In this document: positions 49,259 through 59,359 of the stretch, piece by piece
Position numbering within the stretch: the first letter of the stretch is position 1
Layout: the number at the start of each line of letters is the position of its first letter
Assembly (NCBI GenBank): GCA_016207275.1
Contig: JACQPY010000018.1
Span: 23,960 to 87,959 of the forward strand
Length of the DNA stretch: 64,000 nucleotides
Direction of reading: 5' to 3'
DNA from: Candidatus Kerfeldbacteria bacterium
GTDB lineage: Bacteria > Patescibacteriota > Patescibacteriia > SBBC01
Program-made: the position numbers and the translations under genes
Notes under the pieces: model-generated
Seen by the model: the letters and a program-made list of their open reading frames with translations, nothing else
Database searches by the model: none
Told to the model about the DNA's origin: nothing

Positions 49259-50650
49259 CTAGTTCTTATAAATCACAATCGGCATGCCGACCTCGCCCCA
49301 GGTAAAGATCCACTCCGAGTCGTCGACTGACTGGCCGACGCAGCCGTGCGAGCGCGGCCGGATGCCGAAGTCGTTGTGCCAGTAAACGCCGTGCAGTGAG
49401 TAGTCGCCTTTGAACCACAAAATATTCGGCACGTTCGGCAGGTAGTAGCCAGGACCGGACATCTTCTGCTTTTTGGTTTTGGCGTACACGCGGAACGTGC
49501 CGGTCGGCGTCCAGTCATTGATACCAGACGAGATTTTCATCGAGTAGACCAGCTGGCCGTCTTGGTAGGCGTAGGCCTGCTGTTTCGTCAGGTCAACGCC
49601 AACTACCTTACCCGTGCCGATGGGCGCGGCCGGTGGTTCGGCCAGCTGCGTCTCAAACGGCACGTCGGTCAGGGCCAGCTCGAGCGGCTGGCGGTCACCC
49701 GCCAGCAGGTGCGTCCGCACCTGCGCGACCGCCTGATCGATAACCAGGCGTTTTCCCGGAACGCCAACTTGCAGCACGTCGGTTTTGTGCTGGCTCTTCA
49801 GAATCGTTTGCGCTACGGGATCTCGCTCAACCGCCGCGGCCTGGGCTCGCAAAAACTCGCTGACCGCGTCAGCGTTTAGATCAAGCTGTCCGGCCGGGCC
49901 GGCCGGCAGGGCGCGGCCGAGCGCGGCCACGGTCCGCGGTGGCGATTCAACGCCGAAGGCTAGCCAGTTCGCCAGGTCCGGTCGTTCGACGATCACGGTT
50001 TGGTCGCCGAGTTTCAGCGTCAGGGGTTCTGCGACCAATCCTTCGGCCGCGGCTACCAGCGGTCGCAAGTCGTCTTCGGTCACGGCCGGTCGGGCTAGCA
50101 CCAGCGGCACGTCAACGGTGACGGCGGTCGCGCGCTCGAGCGCCGGCTTGAGCTTAGCCATCACCGCCGATTCATCAACCACCAACCCCTCAGCGCCGGG
50201 CACCAACGCAAAAGCACCATCAGCGCCAACCGTCACCGTGGCCGGTTTTGGCTGAACGCCTAGGCTCCGCACCAACGCATCAAAGTACGGCTGCCGTTCC
50301 TCGGCTGGCCAGTCGAATGTCATTGGCACGCGCCACCACCACCGTCCCCGCCCAACGCTGAAGGCTTTTGCGGCCAGCGGCCGGGCATCGTACCGAACGC
50401 CGAGGTCAGCGGGAGTCGCGGTCAGGTAGTGATCGTTCAGCCGCAACTCGATCGGCTGTTGGCTCGTGGCCTGCTCAATGGTCGCGGTCGCCTGTTGTCT
50501 CGTTAAGCCGCCAACCGGCACCGATCCAACCGTAACGCCCGGCAGAATTGTATCGTCAAACGAAACGGCGAAAGCAAATGTTGCCGCGCTCAGCACGAAC
50601 GGCACCGCTTGCTTCAAGCCAATATGAAGTCTGGTTTTGGTTTCAACCAC
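49259..50650 (-). CDS. L,D-transpeptidase with PG-binding-4-like domains
   Basis: VDLTKQ, TPTGTF, LHGVYWH..SHGCV. Confidence 0.9.
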   Translation of the reverse strand: MVETKTRLHIGLKQAVPFVLSAATFAFAVSFDDTILPGVTVGSVPVGGLTRQQATATIEQATSQQPIELRLNDHYLTATPADLGVRYDARPLAAKAFSVGRGRWWWRVPMTFDWPAEERQPYFDALVRSLGVQPKPATVTVGADGAFALVPGAEGLVVDESAVMAKLKPALERATAVTVDVPLVLARPAVTEDDLRPLVAAAEGLVAEPLTLKLGDQTVIVERPDLANWLAFGVESPPRTVAALGRALPAGPAGQLDLNADAVSEFLRAQAAAVERDPVAQTILKSQHKTDVLQVGVPGKRLVIDQAVAQVRTHLLAGDRQPLELALTDVPFETQLAEPPAAPIGTGKVVGVDLTKQQAYAYQDGQLVYSMKISSGINDWTPTGTFRVYAKTKKQKMSGPGYYLPNVPNILWFKGDYSLHGVYWHNDFGIRPRSHGCVGQSVDDSEWIFTWGEVGMPIVIYKN

Positions 50651-50756
50651 GATTTTCTTTTTGTTTTTTGCTTGTCTCCCGTCATTATCTCACATTTTTC
50701 AACTTTTTTCAAGTACCAAAATTCAGCCGGCTATCCGCGGTTGCCAGGCTCGAACG

Positions 50757-51578
50757 CTACGCGCGTGGTATCGTCGTTTCGGCTTTGACTTCCTCGTCAG
50801 TCGTCGCGTCGAGCAGGTCGTTCATCAAGCTGCGCTCCTGCTCGTCAAAATCGTCGACTACTTCCGAACCAAACTTCTTTCGGTAGCGTTGGTTAAAACC
50901 GGGCTCGCTCCAATACGATAAGTCGAGCGCCAGCTCGACGGTTCGACGCAACTTGTCGCTGAAGCTGGTGGCCCCGACGCGATCGGGCAGCAGTTTCTTC
51001 AAGACCGCGCCAGCCTGTGTTTCCTTAAAACTCGAAACCATCCGCTCCGTCTCGCGCTTCAGATTTTCGCCAGTCAGTTCACGACGGCGGACCCGCGAAC
51101 GGAGTTCTCTGACCCGCTTGGTCAGCTCGTCCTTCGCCTCCTCGTACGCCTCCTCGGCAACCTCCAGTTGCTTGAGTTGGGCCTCGATGCGCCGGCGTCG
51201 GGCCTTGGTTTCAGCAATGGCATCCGCTTCCGCCCGCGACGGTCGGCCCGGTTTGGTGGGTGCGGTTTCGACGGTCGTCTGTTCACGAGCTGACGGTTCA
51301 GGCGTCGGCTGTCTTGGTTTGCCGCGGCGACCGCGTTTCCGGTCCCGGGCCTGACGAGGCTGATCGCCGCCACCACCGCCAATTTCACCGTGGTTGTCCA
51401 ACCGGTCAGACTGTTCGACTTTTCCTTCCGCCTCTTTCAGTTCAGGCTGCGTCTCGCTCATATCAGCTCCCTCCCCTCCGGCGCTCTGCGCCACCTCCCC
51501 TTCAGACAAGGGGAAACGGCGAGCATCAAACTGCAGAGGATCGTCAACCGGCGGCCCGTCAAAGCGTTTCGTATCCAT
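50757..51578 (-). CDS. Hypothetical charged/coiled-coil protein
   Basis: 273-aa ORF co-oriented with its neighbours. Confidence 0.55.
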   Translation of the reverse strand: MDTKRFDGPPVDDPLQFDARRFPLSEGEVAQSAGGEGADMSETQPELKEAEGKVEQSDRLDNHGEIGGGGGDQPRQARDRKRGRRGKPRQPTPEPSAREQTTVETAPTKPGRPSRAEADAIAETKARRRRIEAQLKQLEVAEEAYEEAKDELTKRVRELRSRVRRRELTGENLKRETERMVSSFKETQAGAVLKKLLPDRVGATSFSDKLRRTVELALDLSYWSEPGFNQRYRKKFGSEVVDDFDEQERSLMNDLLDATTDEEVKAETTIPRA

Positions 51579-51688
51579 GCACCTACCCTAGCACCGTCCA
51601 AATCAAAAAAGCAAGCCCTCAATCTCTGAAACCTCTAAACCGCCAATCCTCCAAACTGACAACGCAGGCTTAAGCCTGCGCTTGACCG

Positions 51689-52915
51689 CTACTCGGTCCG
51701 CGCTTCGAGCGTCGCCTGAACGGTCTTTTCTTTCCCCTTCGAGAAAACCTTGAGTGTCACGGTTTGACCGATTGTTTTCTCCGACAGCGCCTGGGCCAGG
51801 TCGTGGTCCTCGGTAATTTTCTGGCCGTCGATTTCCAGAATAATATCGTTCTCGACAAGGCCGGCTTTGTCGGCTGGGCCGCCGGGAATTACCGCTAGTT
51901 CGTCGCGAGTATCACCGCGAACGACCAGAGCGCCGTAATCGACCGCCAGGTCGTTCGCCTCTTTGATTGCCTGGTTGATGAGGATGTAGCGAATGCCGAG
52001 GTAGGGCTGCTCGATCTTGCCCGTCTTCTTCAGGCTGTCGAGGTCACGCTTGGGCACGTTGATGGGGATGGCGAAACCGATCAGCTGACCCTCGCGGTCG
52101 ATGGCGGTGTTGATGCCGATCGCTTGGCCAGCCAGGTTGAGCAGCGGACCGCCGGAGTTCCCCTGGTTGATGGCGGCGTCGGTCTGGATGACGTTGCGCA
52201 GGGTTTCGACCTGACCCGATCCGTCGCCGGCCCGGATGGTCCGGGCTAAGCCGGAGATGACCCCTTTGGTCACGGAGTTTCGGTACTGGCCGAGGACGTT
52301 GCCAATGGCGATGACCGTGTCGCCGACTTGGGCTGAATCTGAATCACCGAGTTCGACGGTTGGCAAATCTTTGGCCTCAATCTTCATGAAAGCGACATCG
52401 TTGGTCGGATCGGTAGCGAGCACGTTGGCGTCGAAGGTCTGCTGGTCGTTCATCACCACCACAAACTCGTCGGCGCCTTCAATCGTGGCGACGTGCTTAT
52501 TGGTGACGATCGTCCCATCTGAAGAAATAATAAACCCCGTTCCGCTGCCGATGGTTTGGATGCCGCGCGGCGGCGTTTTTAAAAACGGCAAGCCGAAAAA
52601 GTCGTCGAGCGGCGTGTTCTGGTTGCCGAAAACCTTGCTGAAATCCTTCTTGGCGATGATGCTGACGACGGCCGGGTTGACCTTCTTAACGACGTCAACC
52701 GTCGCCGACTCCTCTTGCAGGGCGATCGTGCTGACGTTGACGTTGCTGACGCCGCGCTGCACCGGCGACCCGAGGAAATTACTCAATCCCCCTTTGGTCG
52801 CGGCCACCCCGAAAATGCCGCCCGACATGCCGCCGACGAGAAAGCTGACGATAATGATCGTCGCTAGCGTCGGCTGACCAGGTCGCGAGGGCGATTCAGG
52901 CGTAGGATGTTCCAT
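51689..52915 (-). CDS. htrA: HtrA/DegP-like serine protease with a PDZ domain
   Basis: GSGTGFII, VTNKHV, IQTDAAINQGNSGGPL, PADKAGL..DII. Confidence 0.93.
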   Translation of the reverse strand: MEHPTPESPSRPGQPTLATIIIVSFLVGGMSGGIFGVAATKGGLSNFLGSPVQRGVSNVNVSTIALQEESATVDVVKKVNPAVVSIIAKKDFSKVFGNQNTPLDDFFGLPFLKTPPRGIQTIGSGTGFIISSDGTIVTNKHVATIEGADEFVVVMNDQQTFDANVLATDPTNDVAFMKIEAKDLPTVELGDSDSAQVGDTVIAIGNVLGQYRNSVTKGVISGLARTIRAGDGSGQVETLRNVIQTDAAINQGNSGGPLLNLAGQAIGINTAIDREGQLIGFAIPINVPKRDLDSLKKTGKIEQPYLGIRYILINQAIKEANDLAVDYGALVVRGDTRDELAVIPGGPADKAGLVENDIILEIDGQKITEDHDLAQALSEKTIGQTVTLKVFSKGKEKTVQATLEARTE

Positions 52916-52971
52916 AGTAAGTTATCCCCAAATATACTACTACACAGTGTAGTAGACCAACCCCGACCTCG

Positions 52972-53883
52972 TCAAATCCCGGCTGAGGAGTTGGTATTCT
53001 GGCTGGCCGCCGACGTCTCGACGCGGAGCAGGTCGCGCAAGGTCACGAAAGTGTACCCTTTGGCGCGAACCTCATCAACCAGCGGTCCGAGCAAGTCAAC
53101 CGCAATGTCGCTGTTGGCCTGCAACATCATGATGGCGCCGTCCTTGAGTCCGTCGAGGACGCGCGTCTTTGCGCTGTCCGCCGTGGCGCCGTTCTTCCAG
53201 TCTTCCGCATCGACCGTCCAGAGAATCATGCAGTACCCCTGCTTCCGTGTCTCGGCCAGCGAGGCCGTATCGTAGTCGCCGAATGGCGGCCGGAAGTAGG
53301 GCTTGGTCGTTTCGGTCGTCACGTCGAAGACGGCCGCCTCGGCTTTGGTCAACTCGGTATCAACCTTCTCGTCGTCCAGACCTTTAAACGAAGGGTGGCT
53401 GTAGCTGTGACTGAAGATGTCGACGCCGGCATCGTGGTAGGCCTTGATTACCTCGGCGTTGTCCTCCGCCCACTTTCCCGTACTGAAGAGGGTCGCCGGA
53501 ACTTGCTTCGACTTAATAACGTCGAGTGCCTTCAGGGCGTCGCCGATAATGCCGCCGCCGTCGAGCGTCAGGGCGACGTACTTACCATCGACGCGCGCCA
53601 GCGAAATTGGCTTCGGACAGTCTTTCGTGATCAACTCGCGACCGGACAGCTCTGGCACGGTCGTGCTCGCCGTCGCATTGACACTAAGGTTGCCGTTACT
53701 ATTATTGGCCAGCCGAATGCTGTCGGACGCATTCTGGTTGGTGGTCGAGCTCCCGGACAGCCCGTTGCGAATCAGGATAATGACGACGATGCCGACCGCC
53801 GCCCAGCCGACCAGCTTGAACAGCCGACCTCCCCCAGAGGTGCGGTGCTGTCGGTACGGTTGGTAGCGGCGGTAGTTAGCCAT
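52972..53883 (-). CDS. Polysaccharide (peptidoglycan) deacetylase
   Basis: VALTLDGG, HSYSHP, FRPPFG, WTVDAEDW; start at MANYRR. Confidence 0.85.
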   Translation of the reverse strand: MANYRRYQPYRQHRTSGGGRLFKLVGWAAVGIVVIILIRNGLSGSSTTNQNASDSIRLANNSNGNLSVNATASTTVPELSGRELITKDCPKPISLARVDGKYVALTLDGGGIIGDALKALDVIKSKQVPATLFSTGKWAEDNAEVIKAYHDAGVDIFSHSYSHPSFKGLDDEKVDTELTKAEAAVFDVTTETTKPYFRPPFGDYDTASLAETRKQGYCMILWTVDAEDWKNGATADSAKTRVLDGLKDGAIMMLQANSDIAVDLLGPLVDEVRAKGYTFVTLRDLLRVETSAASQNTNSSAGI

Positions 53884-53893
53884 CGTCGTGCAC

Positions 53894-54442
53894 TTAGCTT
53901 TTCTGGTGTACCACCAACTGCCGTCGGCGCGCAAGCAGGAGCGCCAGCTCGAAAGCGCCGAACAACAAACCAGTAAAGGCCAGATCGCCGAGGACCGTGT
54001 TGCGGAAAAACGGCAGGCCGGCGACGTAGGCGGCCAACAGGCCGGCAATTGTTTTGGGATACAACGCCGCAAAGGCCCAGACCGCGGCGTTGGTCACCAG
54101 GAAGAACACCATCGACCCAATGACGGTGCCAGTGAGAATCGGGCCGACGCGTTTGTGTGTCCGCAGCCACAACCCAATCAGGCCACTGACTGCGAAGCTG
54201 CCGTACACCGACGCCATAATCCCAAGCTCATAGAAACCAATCAGCACGTCAGCCAACAGCATGGCCGCCAGCGGCACGGCAAAGGCCAGCCGCCGCGGCA
54301 GGTAGACCCCGCCGAACAAGGCCAGGGCGGCAATCGGCGCCACGTTTGGCGGTAAGCTAATCAAGCCGGCGTCACGTAACACGCGAATGCCGGCCGCGCC
54401 AACAATTAAGGCGATGGCGAGAATCAGGTGCGGGCGCTTCAT
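53894..54442 (-). CDS. DUF6580-like putative cobalamin transporter membrane component
   Basis: PPNVAPIAALALFGG, FFLVTN..W..YP....L...Y..GLPFF; downstream of a B12 riboswitch. Confidence 0.75.
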   Translation of the reverse strand: MKRPHLILAIALIVGAAGIRVLRDAGLISLPPNVAPIAALALFGGVYLPRRLAFAVPLAAMLLADVLIGFYELGIMASVYGSFAVSGLIGLWLRTHKRVGPILTGTVIGSMVFFLVTNAAVWAFAALYPKTIAGLLAAYVAGLPFFRNTVLGDLAFTGLLFGAFELALLLARRRQLVVHQKS

Positions 54443-54445
54443 GCG

Positions 54446-54829
54446 CTACTGGGCATAGACGAACCGCCACTCAATCGTTTCAGTCGACTTCGTCACGTAA
54501 TCCTTCGCGCCGACTTGTCCTTCCTGACCATTGGCGTACCACAGCCAATAGGCGGTCGACGAACCAACCCGACCATCAATGCCCTGAACGAAGCCGTTGC
54601 TCTCGACGACCTCGTGATTCTCCTGCAGCAACTCGAGGACGGTCTTACCATCCTGACCTTGGTACGAAATAGTCGTCGGCAGCGGCGCTTCGACGTTCGC
54701 ATTCGGCGTCGCCGCCGGGTTGATGTTCTGGTTGGCGACGGGAGTGGTTTGTTGGCTGGTGTACCACCACGCTCCGACGCCGACCAGTGCCACGACAATA
54801 ACGACAATGACAATTGACTGTTTTTTCAT
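54446..54829 (-). CDS. DUF4430 domain protein (cobalamin-binding / ECF-associated)
   Basis: TVLELL..GFVQGIDG..YWLWYANG..VGA..Y...IEW. Confidence 0.8.
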   Translation of the reverse strand: MKKQSIVIVVIVVALVGVGAWWYTSQQTTPVANQNINPAATPNANVEAPLPTTISYQGQDGKTVLELLQENHEVVESNGFVQGIDGRVGSSTAYWLWYANGQEGQVGAKDYVTKSTETIEWRFVYAQ

Positions 54830-54927
54830 GGTCGATCCCTCGTTCTATATAATAAGCTGCAGGAACAATTTAGGCAACGTATGCTTGTCGGTCTAAAGAC
54901 CCCCTTTCTCATTAAAGTGGTTGATGA

Positions 54928-54957
54928 CAAAAACACCTCGTTCCGAGAAGCGAGGCA
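54928..54957 (-). terminator. Riboswitch-linked terminator
   Basis: gcctcgcttctcggaacgaggtgttttt on the minus strand. Confidence 0.6.
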
Positions 54958-55025
54958 ATTAGTAACTAAACGCGACCTCATCCCGGAGGATTTGTCTTTA
55001 CCCGCGCACCATATTGGGTGTGGGG

Positions 55026-55187
55026 AAGGCGTCCGACTTCCTTCCCCTCTCCTCTCCGAGGAGAGGGCTGGGGTGAGGTTACGGTTGCGGGACAGTTCCG
55101 GAATTGATTTCCCTCCCCTTTCAGGTCCTCTCCTTTGCATTCTGCAAAGGGGAGGGGTCAGGAGTGGGGTCGCACCGGATTGCCTAC
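55026..55187 (-). ncRNA. Cobalamin riboswitch carrying two palindromic inserts
   Basis: AGGCAATCCGGTGCGA[ins]ATTCCGGAACTGTCCCGCAACCGTAA[ins]AAGTCGGACGCCT. Confidence 0.8.
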
Positions 55188-55247
55188 ATTCGTATTTTCA
55201 ATGTGTGGTTGACGACGAACTAACTACTGATCCCTAACCCCCAAACC

Positions 55248-55361
55248 CTATCTTGTCACCCAGTACATGAAGGAAAAGACGAACACCGCCGCGGCCATGA
55301 AGAAAATCAACCACAAAAACTGCAGGAGTGTCGACTTTTTTTCGAGTGGATTATGAAACAT
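55248..55361 (-). CDS. Small single-TM protein (37 aa)
   Basis: MFHNPLEKKSTLLQFLWLIFFMAAAVFVFSFMYWVTR*. Confidence 0.5.
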   Translation of the reverse strand: MFHNPLEKKSTLLQFLWLIFFMAAAVFVFSFMYWVTR

Positions 55362-55400
55362 TGTTTTTGGTTAAACGTTACGAGTCAAATGTTCACTTCG

Positions 55401-55575
55401 ATCCTTCGACTTTGCTCATCCTTCGACAATGCTCAGGATGAGTCCCGCCGAATGGGCGACCTTTATGCACGTATCCACAGGATAGCACATCGAATGACTT
55501 GTGACTAGCGACCCGTCACATGTCATCCCTCGACGCTGCTCGGGATGACCCCGAGCGTAGTCGAAGGGTCACAGA
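55401..55575. repeat. Cluster of CCTTCGAC..GCTCAGG-type REP hairpins
   Basis: atccttcgacaatgctcaggat; atccctcgacgctgctcgggatgaccccgagcgtagtcgaagggtc; same family at 22047-22152. Confidence 0.7.
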
Positions 55576-55592
55576 TCAAATGTCACATGTTC

Positions 55593-56168
55593 TCAATAAT
55601 CAATCCCCTTGCTGGCAATAATCCCTTGGTAGTATGGATGCTTAACCATCTTCATTTCGGTCACCAAGTCACAACGCTTTAATACAGCTGGGTAGGCGCT
55701 GTGGCCGGTCATGGCCACGTGGACCAGTTTTGCTTTCGGATGCTTAGCTCGTTCGTTGAGCAACTTCGCAATCGCCGACACGGGAAAGAGTTTCTGCTCC
55801 GAGCAAGCAATGATCTCATCGAGTATCACGAGCTTGTACTTTCCTGAAAACAGCAATTGCTTTGCTTCGGCCAACGCGCTGGCTGCAGCTTGCCGGTGCT
55901 GCCGGCGAGATTTTCGGTCGCCTAAAATGCCCACAAACCCTTTGCCGCGGACGCGCACATCAACCCCTAACTTCTTCAACGTCACCCGCTCGCCTGACGG
56001 CCATTGCGCTGACTTGTAAAACTGAAAAAACAGCACGGGCCAGCCGTAGCCCGCAGCTCGCGTGGCCAAACCGACAGCCGCCGTGGTTTTTCCTTTACCA
56101 TCGCCGACGTAGGCAATGGTTAGACCGCGATCAATGGCGCGAAATTGCTTTACGGCTGATCTCTTCAT
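55593..56168 (-). CDS. cobO: Cob(I)alamin adenosyltransferase (CobO/BtuR)
   Basis: YVGDGKGKTTAA.G, QF.K, LVILDEI, TG, DLVTEM..KHPY..G..A.KGIDY. Confidence 0.92.
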   Translation of the reverse strand: MKRSAVKQFRAIDRGLTIAYVGDGKGKTTAAVGLATRAAGYGWPVLFFQFYKSAQWPSGERVTLKKLGVDVRVRGKGFVGILGDRKSRRQHRQAAASALAEAKQLLFSGKYKLVILDEIIACSEQKLFPVSAIAKLLNERAKHPKAKLVHVAMTGHSAYPAVLKRCDLVTEMKMVKHPYYQGIIASKGIDY

Positions 56169-56293
56169 AGAGTACTGCGCCGACGCATGCCCCGTACCGG
56201 ACTCCGAGCGAAGTCGAGGAGGACTGGTGCGGGGTAGGCAATGATCAGGCCGCGATCGATCGCCCGAAATTTTTTTGGAGCAGATTTTTTCAT
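56165..56293 (-). pseudogene. Displaced divergent cobO N-terminus interrupted by a hairpin
   Basis: MKKSAPKKFRAIDRGLIIAY versus MKRSAVKQFRAIDRGLTIAY; its TGA overlaps the cobO ATG. Confidence 0.8.
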
Positions 56294-56368
56294 GATTCAC
56301 GTAATCAGCGCGGCATTCGCCGCGCTCATTAGTTTACCGTACTACCAGTCAATCAACAATCGCCACCG

Positions 56369-58042
56369 CTATGCCTCACATGCACCCTCGCACAATTTCG
56401 TCTGGCTGAATTTTTGCGCGGCGTTCGTGCTGTGCTGGTAGTACAGAGTTTTAATCCCTTTTTGCCAGGCCTGGATGTACAGATTATTAATGTCCTTGGC
56501 CGAGGTCTTCGGATTGATCATGAGATTCAGCGATTGACCCTGATCAATGTGGTACTGACGGGAAGCGGCTTGCTCGATAATCACGGCTTGGTTAATTTCC
56601 GGGAAGGTCTTAAATACCTCTTTTTCATGGTCGGTCAGGAAATCAAGATGCTGGACCGAACCGTCGCGGTCGCGAATCGAGGACCAGACCTCTTTCGTAT
56701 TTTTCCCTTTTGACTCCAGCAGCTTCGCCAGGAACGGATTCTGAATCGTGACTTTCATTTTATCGATATCCTTGACGTAACAGTTCGACCAAACCGGCTC
56801 AATGCTCTGTGACACCTGACCCAAGATAAAAGCCGAGGAGGTCGTCGGCGCGACCGCGTTGAGCGTCGTATTCCGCCGGCCGTAGCCCTCTAACAGTGAC
56901 GGTTCGCCGTATTTTTTCGCCAGTTCTTCTGAGGCGCTATAAGAACGCTCTTGAATGAAGCGAAAGATCTGTACATTCAGCTTGTTGGCTTCCAGGCTTT
57001 CGAACGGAATCATCTTTGACTGCAAGTACGAATGCCAGCCCAGCACGCCCAGCCCGAGCGCGCGGTTGGCGACCGCAAAATTATACGCCCGTTCCATAAA
57101 AAAGAAGGCTTTGCGATCTTCGTCGCGCTCGGAGTCCCGCAAGCCCTCTAACTTGGCGATGAAATCGGTCATGACCGCGTCCAGGAAATAGACCATCGTT
57201 TCGACTGCGTCGGTCTGTTTCCACTCGTCGCAATGGAGAATATTCATGGAGGACAAATCGCACACAAACGACCAGTCGGCGCGAGTCGGCAACATGATTT
57301 CCGAACACAGATTACTATGCCTGATCGTCAGCTGTTTATCCTTGTACACGTCGACCGTGTTCCGGTTGACCGTATCGGTAAAAAAGATATACGGATAGCC
57401 CATCTCGACGCGGCGCTGAAGAACCTTGGCCCAAATCCGGCGCTTGGCGCTGTCGCCGTCGACCATGGCTTGCATCCAGCTGTCCGTCACCGTCACCGCG
57501 TGCGTCAATTCCTGAATCGGGTTGCCCTCCGTGCCGATGTCGAGAAAATCCTCGATGTCCGGATGCTCGACCGGCAGATACGGCGAGAAGTGGCCGCGGC
57601 GAGTTGATCCCTGGCTGACGACGTTGACCATCGATTCGAATAAACGCATAAAGTGGACCGAGCCCGACGACGTGCCGTTGTCCGTAATCGCCGCGCCGCG
57701 CGGACGCAGTTCCCCGAAGTACCCGGCTGTCCCCCCGCCGAATTTGCTCATCATGCCGACTTCCGCCAAGACGTTCAGAATGTTTCCCATGTTGTCAGGG
57801 ATATGCGAGGCAAAACAACTGATCGGCAACCCCTTTTTCAATCCAAAGTTCGCCCAAATCGGCGTCGACAACGAGTAGAACCCTTTCGACATGTACTCAT
57901 AAAACTTGTCGGCAAAACCGGCTTGTCCGAGGATCGTTTCGGCTCGATCGGCAATGAATCGGATGCGCTCCTCCGGGGTAACGCCGGTGGTCAGATACCC
58001 TTTGTTCAGAAACTTCCGACTATTTTCGTTCAGCCAGTTCAT
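56369..58042 (-). CDS. nrdA: Class I ribonucleotide reductase alpha subunit (short, no ATP cone)
   Basis: LPISCF, GGG, SNLCSEI, APTTSS, IKTLYY, C-terminal CEGACEA. Confidence 0.95.
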   Translation of the reverse strand: MNWLNENSRKFLNKGYLTTGVTPEERIRFIADRAETILGQAGFADKFYEYMSKGFYSLSTPIWANFGLKKGLPISCFASHIPDNMGNILNVLAEVGMMSKFGGGTAGYFGELRPRGAAITDNGTSSGSVHFMRLFESMVNVVSQGSTRRGHFSPYLPVEHPDIEDFLDIGTEGNPIQELTHAVTVTDSWMQAMVDGDSAKRRIWAKVLQRRVEMGYPYIFFTDTVNRNTVDVYKDKQLTIRHSNLCSEIMLPTRADWSFVCDLSSMNILHCDEWKQTDAVETMVYFLDAVMTDFIAKLEGLRDSERDEDRKAFFFMERAYNFAVANRALGLGVLGWHSYLQSKMIPFESLEANKLNVQIFRFIQERSYSASEELAKKYGEPSLLEGYGRRNTTLNAVAPTTSSAFILGQVSQSIEPVWSNCYVKDIDKMKVTIQNPFLAKLLESKGKNTKEVWSSIRDRDGSVQHLDFLTDHEKEVFKTFPEINQAVIIEQAASRQYHIDQGQSLNLMINPKTSAKDINNLYIQAWQKGIKTLYYQHSTNAAQKFSQTKLCEGACEA

Positions 58043-58069
58043 TAGGTGATGTTGATTAACTCATCCCGG

Positions 58070-59359
58070 TTAAAATAAGTCCTCGCTGGTGATACTCTGA
58101 CTGCGTTTGTGGTAATTGATCGACCGTTTGACAAAAAAATCACCATGCTTGGTAGCAATGATCTCGTCGTTGAACCATTCCGTTCTTTCCAGTTCTTTTA
58201 TGTCAACCGGAAAGAGTCGCTCCAGGCCGATGCTGACCAGAGAATTGTTCAGCCGATGTTTGATAAATTCTTTCACGACGTTGCTCGGCAGAAAATCGAG
58301 TTCCCCGGCCTCAAAAATCCAATCCACAATTTTCGCTTCCGCGGCAAAAGCTTCACGGCACAACTGCCTGATGTCTTCGCGAGACTGTTCATCAAACCAT
58401 TCTGGGTGTTCTCGCTGAATAATATTGATCACATCGATTCCGAACAACCCGTGAATCTGTTCCTCCTTCGAGGTTGCTTCGACGGCGTTGGAGACCCCTT
58501 TAAAGACATTCCGATACTTATTGAAGGACATGATAATCAGGAATTGCGAGAACAGGGATACGTGCTCAATAAACAATGAGAACAACAGAATTGCCCGTGC
58601 ATACTCGCGCGGGCTGTCGCTCTTGGCGTTGGCTATTGCTTTCTCCAAATATGCAATCCGTTCCATGATGACCGGAACATCTTTGATCTTGGTGAATTCT
58701 TGATTCAACCCGAGGATCTCAAGCAAATGCGAATAGGCATCGTAGTGCCGCACTTCACTTTCGGCGAAGGTGTAGCCGACTGCTCCGATCTCCGGTTTTG
58801 GCAACTTCTTAAAAATGTCCCCCCAGAATGTTTTGACCGCGACTTCGATCTGGGCAATGGCCAACATCGCATTCTTGATCGCACTCCGCTCAACCGGATT
58901 GACGTTAACCTTAAAGTCTTGAATGTCGCTGGTAAAGTTGAATTCGGTGTGAATCCAATATGAGTGCCGGATGGCGTCAGTGTATTCCGCCAGTTCGGGG
59001 TACTCGTGCGGCTTGAGATTCATTCGTTTCTTAAAAATATCCCGCTGGCGTTCTTGGGCGTGTTTTTCTCGGTACAAAATATACGCCTTGGCCACGTCAT
59101 GAAAACTGCTGTCCATCAGCGCTTCTTCTACGGCATCCTGTATCTTCTCGACGCTGGGGACGTTACCGCTAGCATCCACGCCGTCTGTTCCGGTGTACGT
59201 GGCCTGCAGTTTCCGTTCAACCTCTTGGGAAATCCGCTGGGCGTCTTCGAGGGTGCCGTGTCCGGCCGCTTGCATGGCCGAAAAAACCGCCTTGGTTATT
59301 TTTTCCAATACAAAGGGTGTGACCGTGCCGTCTCTCTTTTGAATATGGTTGAGCGTCAC
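58070..59359 (-). CDS. nrdB: Class I RNR beta subunit with an N-terminal ATP cone
   Basis: IQKRDG..F..EKI..VEKIQDAVE..VAKAYILYR followed by the ferritin-like ESEVRH/EEQIH; GTG start after AAAGGA. Confidence 0.92.
   Translation of the reverse strand: MTLNHIQKRDGTVTPFVLEKITKAVFSAMQAAGHGTLEDAQRISQEVERKLQATYTGTDGVDASGNVPSVEKIQDAVEEALMDSSFHDVAKAYILYREKHAQERQRDIFKKRMNLKPHEYPELAEYTDAIRHSYWIHTEFNFTSDIQDFKVNVNPVERSAIKNAMLAIAQIEVAVKTFWGDIFKKLPKPEIGAVGYTFAESEVRHYDAYSHLLEILGLNQEFTKIKDVPVIMERIAYLEKAIANAKSDSPREYARAILLFSLFIEHVSLFSQFLIIMSFNKYRNVFKGVSNAVEATSKEEQIHGLFGIDVINIIQREHPEWFDEQSREDIRQLCREAFAAEAKIVDWIFEAGELDFLPSNVVKEFIKHRLNNSLVSIGLERLFPVDIKELERTEWFNDEIIATKHGDFFVKRSINYHKRSQSITSEDLF

Noticed and set aside
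56169-56300. N-terminal extension of CobO in the ORF track (235 aa)
   Set aside because: It is an out-of-frame reading of the displaced 5' copy and hairpin; the true start is likely 56168.
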